Source: Naegleria gruberi (taxonomy: Eukaryota). From it: a stretch of DNA of 64,000 nt. Under the pieces are notes generated by a model, which was not told the DNA's origin, did no database searches, and saw only the letters and a program-made list of their open reading frames with translations. Location of the stretch: NCBI GenBank assembly GCA_000004985.1, contig GG738870.1, one strand, 5' to 3'. This document shows positions 1-9,950 of this stretch, one piece after another; position 1 is the stretch's first letter, and every line of letters begins with the position of its first letter. The position numbers and the translations under genes were made by a program.

Positions 1-260
1 TGAAATAATTTTACGTTTTGCCAGAGACTCCTCAACACTTGGTTCATTCGAGTCATTAAAAATTGTATTAGCCTTGACAATTTTCGAGTCCTTTTGATCG
101 GAAATCCAAATTTCATCCAAATCATCATGTTCCATCTCCCTTCGTCTCTTGATGCCATTATTATTAAAACTATTGCTACTGGGTGATGAATAGACTAGTT
201 GATCGTCAGCCATTTCGGAATCATTATCAGACATCATGAAGGTTTCATCTTGTTGCATTT
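1..260 (-). CDS. 5' end of a hypothetical protein gene running off the left edge of the window
   Basis: Minus-strand ATG near 260 opens an uninterrupted frame to position 1 (MQQDETFMMSDNDSEMADDQLVYSSPSSNSF...). No recognisable domain. Confidence 0.3.
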
Positions 261-296
261 TTTTCTCTAAAATAATGGATTGTAAACTCTAACGAT

Positions 297-1559
297 TTAT
301 TGTTTAACCTGTTCCTTCTTTCCAAGACCAAGAAGAGACATTACGAAGGCAATGAAAGCAAAGAACCAAGCAAATGCATCTTGTTGTTGTGGTGTTGAGG
401 TGTCTTGTTGTTGGAGTGTTTGATCCTTCTTGGCTTGTTTCTTCTTCTTAATGAACTCTGGCACTTCAATAACATCTCTATCAACTGAGATTCTGTTAAT
501 ATGTCCTTCAATATTTTCAGAATCAATAACTTCAAATTGACTGCTATTGGATAATAGAGAAGGTATAGCATCAACAATACCAATACTCTTTACATTTTCA
601 CAATAGTCCGAGTAGATTAAATTGGATTCACTATCGACAATGTAGAATCGTCTCAACAATTTCTTACTGGAAGCTTTGAGAATGGCTTCATCTTCATAGG
701 CAATACGTGTCACTAATCCTTCAATAATATTCTTCTTGACAAGTTCAATAATAAATTCATCAGAATTTTTAACAGACTCTATTGTTTGAACGACACCACT
801 AATAACACCACTCAAAACAATTTCCATAAGTTCAGATTCATCTTGTACTTTCTTTTCCTCAAGTTGTAGTTCAATATTGGTATTTAAAAAACATTTCACT
901 CTCTTTTCCTTTCTATTCACTTTCCAAATATAATTCTTTTCAAATGATTTTTCCAATGTATTTTCAAGCTCATCAATCAAAGAATCAATGTTTTTACCAA
1001 CTTTCAGCTTGACGTGATATGGAAGGACACACAAATATTCCTTTAAACTGTTTGATGATATTGCTGACTTTTCAGTGAAAGAAACTGTCAAATCTTGTCT
1101 TTGTTTTCCGTTTTCAAACACAAATCCCTGAGGGACAAGTCCACTTGCTTCATCCTTTTGCAAATTGACAAAATAAATTTGAGAACCTTCCTCAGATTGT
1201 ATACTTTCAATGCTTCTCACATAAAGAGCAATCACATCACTCAATCTTTCCTTTACATTATACGAAAAATCCTTCAAATAAAAACCAGAAATCCTCACAT
1301 TAGATGGCAATGATTGTTGAAGAATTTGTACTTGTTTTTGAAACCACTCCGATGATACATTAGAGAAGGAACTTTTAGCCTTTTCCGATTCGAGAGAAGA
1401 TATGAGAGAAATAGTATGATGAAGAATTTCTTGATCTTCTTCCTCTTGTTTGTACCCGATCGAAAGAAGCAAACCAATATCAAAGTTTTCTTGTTGATCA
1501 ACTCGCTTTTTTAAATTACTCAAAAAATCAACAGATGTATTCAAGGCTTTTTGACTCAT
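297..1559 (-). CDS. Hypothetical 420-aa protein with a C-terminal transmembrane segment (tail-anchored topology)
   Basis: Intact ORF beginning at an ATG. The C-terminus AFAWFFAFIAFVMSLLGLG is hydrophobic and followed by a short basic tail. No family recognised. Confidence 0.55.
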   Translation of the reverse strand: MSQKALNTSVDFLSNLKKRVDQQENFDIGLLLSIGYKQEEEDQEILHHTISLISSLESEKAKSSFSNVSSEWFQKQVQILQQSLPSNVRISGFYLKDFSYNVKERLSDVIALYVRSIESIQSEEGSQIYFVNLQKDEASGLVPQGFVFENGKQRQDLTVSFTEKSAISSNSLKEYLCVLPYHVKLKVGKNIDSLIDELENTLEKSFEKNYIWKVNRKEKRVKCFLNTNIELQLEEKKVQDESELMEIVLSGVISGVVQTIESVKNSDEFIIELVKKNIIEGLVTRIAYEDEAILKASSKKLLRRFYIVDSESNLIYSDYCENVKSIGIVDAIPSLLSNSSQFEVIDSENIEGHINRISVDRDVIEVPEFIKKKKQAKKDQTLQQQDTSTPQQQDAFAWFFAFIAFVMSLLGLGKKEQVKQ

Positions 1560-1638
1560 TTTTTTTAATAATTTTTAATAAATTAAATATTATTTAATAT
1601 TATTTAAAATTAATAATGCAATATATTACAGTAACAAA

Positions 1639-1998
1639 TTAATTATCAATAATTGAGACTTTCAATTTGTGTAACTCATCAAGTCTCCCTTCATTCTCAA
1701 CCAACTTTACAAAGTCAACCAATTTGAACTGATCCAAAAGAACTGTTCTCGTTTCATTAAACTTTTCTGTATAGTACTTGAGTTTTTCCTCTTCATCCAA
1801 ACTCAACATTTCAATTTTAAATTCAACAAGAGCCAATTTCTTTTCCATTAAATTCGATTCTAATGATGGTGAAGATGATGAGGAGGAGGAATGAGAGTTT
1901 GTGGCTCCGTTTTCATTACGTGTGGCAATTGGTGTATCAACTCTTCTTGCTCGGAATGGTCCGTAGGGAATCAAATCTCTGTATGATGCTGATGACAT
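1639..1998 (-). CDS. Small Ser-rich coiled-coil protein (119 aa), hypothetical
   Basis: ATG-initiated ORF flanked by very AT-rich intergenic DNA. Confidence 0.4.
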   Translation of the reverse strand: MSSASYRDLIPYGPFRARRVDTPIATRNENGATNSHSSSSSSSPSLESNLMEKKLALVEFKIEMLSLDEEEKLKYYTEKFNETRTVLLDQFKLVDFVKLVENEGRLDELHKLKVSIIDN

Positions 1999-2030
1999 TT
2001 TTTTTGATAGTAAATTTTTGTAATGGGTTC

Positions 2031-3350
2031 ATAACCCGCTAAAATATTTCCACGTAAATATTTTTATTTTTTCATTAATTTTTTCGCACTTTTGTTAACA
2101 AAAATTCAAGTCAAACTTTATTGATTTTCGTTAATAATTAACAAAAAAAACGAAATAAAAACGTAAACGTTTGTTGGGAAAAAAATTTCAAATTTACAGG
2201 TAAATTAACGCTAAATTTTATCGTAAATTATTGACGATTTTTCAATAATGTTTAACGTTAAATATTATTGAAAAATGTATCAANNNNNNNNNNNNNNNNN
2301 NNNNNNNNNNNNNNNNNNNNNNNNNNNNNNNNNGTTCTCTCGGAAGCTCACAAATTTCAACACTATTACTTGATCGTCATGTTGAATAGTCAACTGCGAT
2401 AATTGGATGATATCTTGATTTTAGACTTTGAGTGTACCAGACTTAGTTATTATCTGAATCTGAATCCGAATCTGATCAAGGCATGAAATCAAAATCTCCA
2501 ATTTTAGATCAAGATTGAAAGGCAACTCTCTCAAATTTGTGGCTATGATTCTATGCATGTATTATATGAATGAATATTGCAGGATATGATGGCCATGATT
2601 CCAGTTCTTTATTGGGAGAAATTCGATCTCCTCTTCCTGAAACAAAAATATCCTTCATTTCTTCACAAATCTTATTCGCTGATTTAATATCTTGCTGAAT
2701 TGGAACATATGTTGTTGAAAGAGTGAAAATGAGTCCTTCTCCAAAAAGGCAGAATTCATGCTAAAGGGCAGTATAATCAACAGCATTTTACAAGTTCAGT
2801 TCACAGAAAATTTGAAGGTCCTTCTTTACGGAAACAAATCTTGCTAATCCTTTAACACCTGCAGAACAAGTTCAATAGAATCCATTACGTATTATGATAC
2901 TTGTCAATTATGTGATCTTCTTGATCTGAATGAACCCTTAAATTCAGGACAATGTATTGCTGGCAACTATGTAGTGAGTAAGAAACGAGATGCTTTGATA
3001 CAAAAACAAAGAAGGTTTGTCAGGTTGAGTCCTTTTATAATGACTTTTCTTCAATACAGCTTGCTATTGAAGAACCGAAACGTATCATTGAGATATCAAG
3101 GAAAAAGGGTTCCGTGTGTTATTCTTGACCCTTCCAAACAGGCCTAACAAGTATATTACAACAATCAATACATTTAATATTTGACTTTATTAATTTCAAG
3201 ACTTGGTGAAATTTCAAATACTTTCGAAAAAATTTACAAGTCGAGCTTGGGCAATTCTACATTTCGCTCACATCGCAAAAATCCATTAACAAAAAATCGT
3301 TAAAAGTCAAGCCAGCATTTGCGAAAAGGGTTTAGCGGGTAATTTAACTT
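2031..3350. mobile_element. Possible relic of a non-autonomous DNA element (MITE-like) bounded by short inverted repeats; contains the assembly gap
   Basis: cataACCCGCTAAAat at ~2031-2046 recurs inverted as ggGTTTAGCGGGTaa at ~3329-3343. TTTTCGCA/TGCGAAAA and caagtcaa/ttgacttg motifs are also mirrored. The ~1.3-kb interior has no ORF over 60 codons yet is GC-richer than normal intergenic DNA. Confidence 0.2.
2284..2333. other. Assembly gap (50 N)
   Basis: Run of n characters in the sequence. Confidence 0.99.
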
Positions 3351-3391
3351 TTTATTAAAAATTAAATATTTTCAAAAGCTTTACAAAAAAA

Positions 3392-4339
3392 ATGAGCAAT
3401 TTGCAGATACCTAATGTTATGTTACACAATGGACTTGCCATGCCAATTGTCGGATTGGGCACTTGGGAAGTTAATAAATCACCAGAATGTGAAGAAGTAA
3501 TTGAACATGCTATTGATATTGGATATCTTCATATTGATACTGCTTTTATTTATTATAATGAGAAATTAATAGGAACTAAATTACAGGAAATTTACGGAAA
3601 AACCAATATTAAAAGAGAGAATTTATTTATTACTAGTAAATTACCTCCAACAAAGGTACATTCCGAAGAAATGATTAGAGAAACATTTTTCCAATCCCTG
3701 AGTGATTTGCAAACTGATTATGTGGATTGGTAAGTAGTGTAGAATCCGAGAAGTGAGAATTAATTATTATTTCGGAAATGTTGAAGTTATTTAATTCACT
3801 GGCCTGGAACAAGTAAATTAAAGGTTAACAGCGATCAAAATAGGATTAATAGATTGGCAACATGGCGCGCTTTGGAAAATTTGTACAGGGAAGGAAAGGC
3901 AAAATCTATTGGTGTCAGTAATTTTACATTGAAACATATGAATGAATTATTGGAGGATATCAAGTCTAGAGATAATGGCATAATTCCACACGTAAATCAG
4001 ATTGAATATCACCCATTGCTTTACAAAACTCATAAGGAATTGGAAAAATTATGCAAGGAAAACAACATTGTCATTCAAGCTTATTCTCCACTTGCTCATG
4101 GTGAATTAATGACAGGAAAATATGGTGAAGTCACTTCTAGAGAATGTTTGCAATGGATTTTACAGAAGGGACATGTCATTTTGCCAAGAAGTGTCAAGAG
4201 AAATCACATGGAAGATAATTTCAAGGCAGTTACAGACTTTGCAGCTGGTATCATTGATGACCAAACCAGATTGAGTAGATTGGACTCTTTAGTTTCTGAT
4301 GAAGTTAGAGTTTGTTGGGATCCTGAACAAATTGCTTAA
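3392..4339 (+). CDS. Aldo-keto reductase, 2 exons (~3392-3729 and 3787-4339; one 57-nt GTAAGT...AG intron), ~296 aa
   Basis: AKR hallmarks: GLGTWE; D-[C]-YLIHWP recovered only after splicing (exon 2 supplies YLIHWPGTSKL...); ATWRALE...AKSIGVSNF. The ORF-track 3854 start is a TTG artefact inside exon 2. Confidence 0.85.
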
Positions 4340-4344
4340 AACAC

Positions 4345-7095
4345 TTATTTATTTCTCTTTTGTTTCTTATTCTTGTTTTGAGCAGGAGCCTTAGTTGTTG
4401 GCTTTTGTTTTCTCTTCTTGTTACCTTGTTCTGGATTCTTTTCTCTTTGGAGTTCTTCCTTTTCTTGTTGGAGAAGTTCGTCTTCATCGTCGTCCATCAA
4501 TTGGGCAACTTCGTCTCTATTTGCCTTGTCAGAAACTGTTGTGATATCAAAGCCATAACCTTCAGTTTCACCTGGCATGGTATCTTCATCGTCACTTTCT
4601 TGTTGTTGCAAAAGTTCCATGACTTGCTCGTCGTCCATTTCATTGAATGGATCTTCATCGTCACTAAAGTTGTCATCCATGGCAGCAAGGAATTCTTCCT
4701 CTCTTCCCTTTGAAAGTTTCTTCTTTTCTTCCCTTGCTTCTCTTTCCTTTTCGAGTTCATCCTTTCTCTTGAACTTTTCAACCATAAACTTGTGGAAGAA
4801 TCGTTCATCAGCCTTAACTAATTCGTCTGGCAACTCAGCAAAGTCCTTAGTGTTAACACCGGAAGCTCCTCTGATAACTCTTTCAGCAGCTTGAGCGGCC
4901 TTTGACTTGGAGAACAAACCTGAACCCTTTTCCTTCATGGCCTTCTTAGAAACTGGCTTGAACATCATCTTGTCAATGAAGGCAGTGGTTGAGAAGTCAA
5001 CAATTGGGTTACCCTTGTAGAGAGTTTTACCTGATTGAGAAAAGATGTGATCAACGAATTCAGCAACACTTGGATGGAAATGATGCTTGAGAATGTTGAG
5101 TTCCCATAAACCAGTTGTCAAGGCATTGGCAGCTTCTGGTTTTGGAGTTGTTGGGTCATAATCACTGCTTTCTGTGAATGGATTAGTACCTCTGGCCTTT
5201 TGTGAAGCAACAGTCTTCTTCTTTGAATCAACTTGCTTTTCAGATCCTTCAGATGTCTTCTTTGGAGCAAATCCATCGATAACAATTTCATTACCAACAA
5301 TTTTAACAGATTCATCCTTTGTTGAGAGAACTCTTGTTTCAACCTTCTTGGCTTCAGCTTCTTCTTCATCATCAAAATCTTCGAATGCTTCTTCTTCATC
5401 ATCTTCCATATCTTTAGAACCATCGGATTTCTTAGGTGTCAAAAAGTTCTTTTGTTGAATCATACTCAAATGAAGACCAGGTTTAACCTTAAGAATTTGA
5501 TCAATAACCATGAGAACAGCAGCACTGTAACCTGGATTTGAACAAGTGAAACAACTTTGTAAAATTCTCTTACAGAAAGCAGCAACTCTCTTGAGATTCA
5601 AATCTTCACGAACTGTTTCATAGACAACCAACAACAAGTTTTGAACCTTGAAACCAGTATGTCCTTCATCAAGTAATTTATCGTAAAGCAAGGTGTAGAA
5701 ACGTGTCAGCGTTCGTTCATCATTGGAAATAAAAGCAATAGAGTAAATTAATTTACAGGCATTAACAGCAGTAAGCAATGGAGTAATTCTGGCAATCTTG
5801 AAAAGTAAATTGAGGGTATCTTCATCAGGTGAGAACATTGTCTTGGTATGTTTTAAACTCTTGAACATGCCTGAAAGCAAAGATCCAAGGAAGTTAGTAT
5901 TTGTAAGATTTTGAGTCTTGTCTTCCTTCTTCTTCTTCTTTTGAGATTTAACCAAATCCAAATATTCACCCTTTAAAACATCAACACAACTCTTCAAAAC
6001 AAAATCGGCAACATCAGCATCGTGTTCAGGTGTATAAGTCATGTTTGTTAAGAAAGATGCAGCGAAACCTCTCTTTGAAGCATCCATCTTGTTATTTAAC
6101 AAAAATTCACAAACTGATTTACACAAGAACATCTTGTCCAATGAGGTAACCAAGTGAGGATTGTTTTCAACTCGAGAATTGACGAGAGCAGTCAAATAGT
6201 ACAATGCTCTGGCATTAATAGAATTCTTTGGATCAGCAAACTTTGTGACCAAGAGAACAATTAAAGTATCTCTCCTTTCTGGACTAGCCTTAATCAAGTC
6301 ACGAATATTTCTCATAGTTCTTATTGTCACAACATCCAAAGCATTGGCTCTTTCTTTGATATTTTCAGCCAAAACTTCATTAATGAATGTTTGATACTTC
6401 TTCTTGAGTAATTCTTCAAAATACCATGCTCCTAAAACGCTTCCAACTTGTTGCATATTTTCCTTCTTCTTTTTCTTGTTATTTAAACGTTCAAAATGAT
6501 GAACAGCTTGATATATTGTTGACATAGATATTGATGAATTGTTTGATTTTTCTCTTTCTTTAAAATCAAAAAGTGTTCTGTGTGTAAGAAGTAAATTTTG
6601 GAACAAATCTGTAGAAGTCTTGACAGCAAGTTCTGCAGCTCTGTGATTCTTAGGGTGATTACAAATTGTAATCAATTCATCAATGTGGTTCAGTCTCAAA
6701 ATTGGCTTTTCTTGTACAAGCAAGGACAAGGAAGCAATTTTATCCATGATTGTACCCTTTTCAATGAATTCCTTTTCGAATTGATCTGCTTCCGATTCGT
6801 GATTTGTTAAAGCATTTTGATGTTCCTTCTTTGCAATACTATATAATTCTTGTACTTGTAAAAGTGTAAGTGTTTTCTTTTCATCAATTTCAATATTAGA
6901 ATCGGCAATTAATTGTTGTAAATTTAACTCATCCTTTCTCAACTGTGTGGCCCAAGTTGGTTCTGTTCTTTTCTTTTGAGAAGTTTCATCTTCTTGTTCT
7001 TCCTCCTTCTTGATGGATTCATCCACAACTTCCTCTTCCTTCTCCACGGAACCACCAAATAAATCTTCTGGTTTTGTTTCTTGTGATTTGCTCAT
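4345..7095 (-). CDS. CBF/Mak21 (Noc1, CEBPZ-like) nucleolar pre-60S biogenesis protein, single exon, ~916 aa
   Basis: Long helical-repeat protein with a CBF-domain-like RFYTLLYDKLLD motif, acidic Asp/Glu stretches and a KKRK-rich C-terminus. The first ATG (MSKSQETKPEDLF) is 33 nt inside the TTG-started ORF-track model. Confidence 0.55.
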   Translation of the reverse strand: MSKSQETKPEDLFGGSVEKEEEVVDESIKKEEEQEDETSQKKRTEPTWATQLRKDELNLQQLIADSNIEIDEKKTLTLLQVQELYSIAKKEHQNALTNHESEADQFEKEFIEKGTIMDKIASLSLLVQEKPILRLNHIDELITICNHPKNHRAAELAVKTSTDLFQNLLLTHRTLFDFKEREKSNNSSISMSTIYQAVHHFERLNNKKKKKENMQQVGSVLGAWYFEELLKKKYQTFINEVLAENIKERANALDVVTIRTMRNIRDLIKASPERRDTLIVLLVTKFADPKNSINARALYYLTALVNSRVENNPHLVTSLDKMFLCKSVCEFLLNNKMDASKRGFAASFLTNMTYTPEHDADVADFVLKSCVDVLKGEYLDLVKSQKKKKKEDKTQNLTNTNFLGSLLSGMFKSLKHTKTMFSPDEDTLNLLFKIARITPLLTAVNACKLIYSIAFISNDERTLTRFYTLLYDKLLDEGHTGFKVQNLLLVVYETVREDLNLKRVAAFCKRILQSCFTCSNPGYSAAVLMVIDQILKVKPGLHLSMIQQKNFLTPKKSDGSKDMEDDEEEAFEDFDDEEEAEAKKVETRVLSTKDESVKIVGNEIVIDGFAPKKTSEGSEKQVDSKKKTVASQKARGTNPFTESSDYDPTTPKPEAANALTTGLWELNILKHHFHPSVAEFVDHIFSQSGKTLYKGNPIVDFSTTAFIDKMMFKPVSKKAMKEKGSGLFSKSKAAQAAERVIRGASGVNTKDFAELPDELVKADERFFHKFMVEKFKRKDELEKEREAREEKKKLSKGREEEFLAAMDDNFSDDEDPFNEMDDEQVMELLQQQESDDEDTMPGETEGYGFDITTVSDKANRDEVAQLMDDDEDELLQQEKEELQREKNPEQGNKKRKQKPTTKAPAQNKNKKQKRNK

Positions 7096-7411
7096 TTTTT
7101 TTGAGTGTTGTTTTTTCAAAAATTTCAAAAAAATATTGAATGTTGGATGTTGATGATTAATATTAATATTGATATTATTAATAATTGATGAAGGTATTAA
7201 AAAATACTATTGAATCAATTGACCGTATTATTCATAGTATTGTTGGGCAATATTAGAAATTAAAATTTTTAATATTTTAGAATGATTGGGCTTGTTGTGA
7301 TAACGGATGAGAGTAAATGGCGCCAATCTTTTTTCTTCCGTTACGATTTTTTCATCTTAAAAAAAACGAGTAATTTAAGCGATAGAGAAGACCATCATCA
7401 TTAACTTCACC

Positions 7412-8542
7412 ATGCGGCAAGATAAGGAAAGGTATGAGTTTATGATGGAGGATAGAAAACCAATTTATGAACGAGTTGGGCAAATGCAATTGGAGAGGTA
7501 CGAAAAGGAAAAATTAAGAAAGCAACAACAACACGAGGAAGAGAGAAAAAAACTGAGAAGTGCTCCGGCCATAAGCAGAGAATCACAAAGAATTGTTGCT
7601 GCTATGAAAAATAGGGTTCCAATCACTGATAGAGTAAATAGTATTGATGATCAAACATTAATGGAAAAGGAGAAGGCAAAAAGAAGATTTATGGAAGTTA
7701 AAAAGGAGGAGCTTGAAGATTGTACATTCCAACCACAAGTTAATCCAGTCTCTAAGAAGATTGTACAATCAAAAACAAAGCAACAATCATTCTTTGAAAG
7801 GCAAAAGATGTATGAAGCAAGAGAAAAGATGAAACAGGAATACATGTCAAAAACAGAGCAAGCTCAATATAATTTCAAACCATCTATTTCAAAAACATCG
7901 AATGATATTTGTAAGAAGAATCTAAATAGAGCAGGTACAATGGAAGATATTTATGATAGGCTCACTAACAGAGACAAGAAGAGAATGGATCACATCAAAA
8001 CAGAGATTGCAGAACAATACTATTCTAAATTTTCATTTCATCCAACGATTAATCAAGTTTCAAATGTAATAGCTGCTCCAACCGACTTGGAAGAGCTTGT
8101 CAATAATTCCAAAAGTAAGAGAATCAAAGAAGAACTCACTCTTAAAGTTATGGAAAAAGAAAACTATAGTTTCCAACCAACCCTAGTATCACAAAATGAT
8201 AAATATCTTCAAGACAGAAAACCTTATGCAGTAATCAACGAGCAAGAAAAATTCTTGAAACAAAAAGAAATTAAGAGAGCTAAGGCACTTATAGAATTAG
8301 AGTGTGAACAACTCCAAGAATGTACATTCCAACCAACAATTAATGAAGGAAAGCCTTCACTAGAAGCAGATACCCCTATAGTAATTAAGGGTCTAGGTAG
8401 ACATATTGAAAGAAGAGAACGAGCCAAGAGAATTGAAGAAGAAAGGCGAGAAAGAAACGAAGAAGTATTCAGACCTAAAGTATATTCTAAGAAAGTGGGA
8501 GGAGCCACAATTATGGAACCATTTTCATTTAACTACAACTAG
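7412..8542 (+). CDS. Coiled-coil protein with five degenerate [CYF][TSN]F[QKH]P-x-[IVL][NS] repeats, 376 aa
   Basis: Repeats EDCTFQPQVN, YNFKPSIS, FSFHPTIN, YSFQPTLV, ECTFQPTIN spaced through a K/E-rich helical protein. Family not identified. Confidence 0.55.
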   Translation: MRQDKERYEFMMEDRKPIYERVGQMQLERYEKEKLRKQQQHEEERKKLRSAPAISRESQRIVAAMKNRVPITDRVNSIDDQTLMEKEKAKRRFMEVKKEELEDCTFQPQVNPVSKKIVQSKTKQQSFFERQKMYEAREKMKQEYMSKTEQAQYNFKPSISKTSNDICKKNLNRAGTMEDIYDRLTNRDKKRMDHIKTEIAEQYYSKFSFHPTINQVSNVIAAPTDLEELVNNSKSKRIKEELTLKVMEKENYSFQPTLVSQNDKYLQDRKPYAVINEQEKFLKQKEIKRAKALIELECEQLQECTFQPTINEGKPSLEADTPIVIKGLGRHIERRERAKRIEEERRERNEEVFRPKVYSKKVGGATIMEPFSFNYN

Positions 8543-8578
8543 ATTTAATCACAATTCTTTTACTAAATTTGTAATTTA

Positions 8579-9805
8579 TTAAAAGTTAGTGCCTTTAAAA
8601 ACAGCAAAATTCTTAGTTTGAGAATATAAATCCTCTAATTGTTGATAACTAGCAATTACTGAATCTGAAATTGAATGTCTATCACTTTTGTCGTCCTTAA
8701 AGTCAGGTGAGATTCTTCTGATCGTTTGCTTCTTTTCCTTACTGTTATAATTCCTAGGGTATTCATAGTCATTATTTAGAGACACGTCACTCTTTGAATC
8801 ATCATCAAAATTATCAAAACTTGGTGGAATATTTCTAGTGTTTGGCTTTTCTCGCTCCTTATATTTACTACTTGGTTCTGAATATTTGAATTCTTTCAAG
8901 TCCTTTTCTCGTGACTCATATTTTTGTTCATATCTTGGTTTATCCATATTATGCAATTGGTTTACTCTACCACTGCCGCTAGTTGGTTGTTTCATGGAGG
9001 ACAATCCATTACTATCAGCCAAAAAACCAGCACTTGCTCGAAGCAATGAAAAGGTGTTTTGGTCTGTCAATTTACAAATATCAATATCAGAAGAAAATGG
9101 AGGAATGTTTGTCTTTAAACATAAATCAACCTTTTCCTTAACGGAATCGGAATAAGGTTGACGAGAGAGAACTGACTCGGTCATATCAATAGATCTCATA
9201 TTTTTCTTCAGTTGATCTATTTTCGTATCTAGTGGTTCTGTCATATCATTTTCGATATCTTGAAGTGTTCTTAGGGAGTCCTGAAGTAATGATTCCAATC
9301 TTTGTTTCATCATTCCATATGTTTGCATTATTTGTTTTTCCATCATTTCCTTACTTTGTCTAACATCTTCTCTAACAATATTGAAATGTTCCAACGAGGT
9401 TGTATTTTGTTTCTTGAGGTGAGTTAATTTTTGTTGAAGGTATTCTCTTCGTTTTGATTCCATCATGTTATTATTATTACTAAGACTTGGAGAATGGGTT
9501 GGAGATACAGAGGATTCATAGCTTGGTGGTAGTTCATTAGAGTACATTGATTTTCTCGTCCTTGATGCTGGATTTGGTTCAGAGGACATTGGTGCATAAC
9601 TTGAATAGGTTTTTGATGATGGAGGACCAATATCAAAATCAGGGGTTAGAGAAGAATATCTTGGAGGAGGGGACTTTCTTCCCCCACCAGATCTTGACGA
9701 CCTTTGATTATTTGTAGAAGAAGAAAATTGTTCATTCATTCCATTATTATAATTATATTGTTGGCCTTGATGGTGTCGTTCCATCATGCGATCATTGTTG
9801 AACAT
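8579..9805 (-). CDS. Ser/Asn/Pro-rich low-complexity protein with a central coiled coil, ~408 aa
   Basis: ORF-track start at 9841 is a TTG. The first ATG gives MFNNDRMMERHH.... Confidence 0.45.
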   Translation of the reverse strand: MFNNDRMMERHHQGQQYNYNNGMNEQFSSSTNNQRSSRSGGGRKSPPPRYSSLTPDFDIGPPSSKTYSSYAPMSSEPNPASRTRKSMYSNELPPSYESSVSPTHSPSLSNNNNMMESKRREYLQQKLTHLKKQNTTSLEHFNIVREDVRQSKEMMEKQIMQTYGMMKQRLESLLQDSLRTLQDIENDMTEPLDTKIDQLKKNMRSIDMTESVLSRQPYSDSVKEKVDLCLKTNIPPFSSDIDICKLTDQNTFSLLRASAGFLADSNGLSSMKQPTSGSGRVNQLHNMDKPRYEQKYESREKDLKEFKYSEPSSKYKEREKPNTRNIPPSFDNFDDDSKSDVSLNNDYEYPRNYNSKEKKQTIRRISPDFKDDKSDRHSISDSVIASYQQLEDLYSQTKNFAVFKGTNF

Positions 9806-9950
9806 TATTTTTGAAAAAATTGTACAAGCAAAAGGCGCCAAAATTGTTTTTTGATTCTGAATATTAGCGCTTTCAATGAAGATACAAAATGAATTTACAG
9901 AGTAATTGGCGCCAACTGTTTCATTGATTCACAGTATTTTCCATCTTAAA

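Noticed and set aside
3854-3860. ORF-track start codons at 3854, 7128, 9841, 9906, 11079, 16867, 36869, 43938, 54217 and others
   Set aside because: These are TTG or other non-ATG positions reported as M by the ORF finder. True starts were taken as the first in-frame ATG, or the ORF was shown to be an internal exon.
4360-4894. Plus-strand ORFs (117, 105 aa) inside the CBF/Mak21 gene
   Set aside because: Antisense to a well-supported 916-aa CDS. Low-complexity S/L/F translations are typical of antisense reading of Lys/Glu-rich coding sequence.
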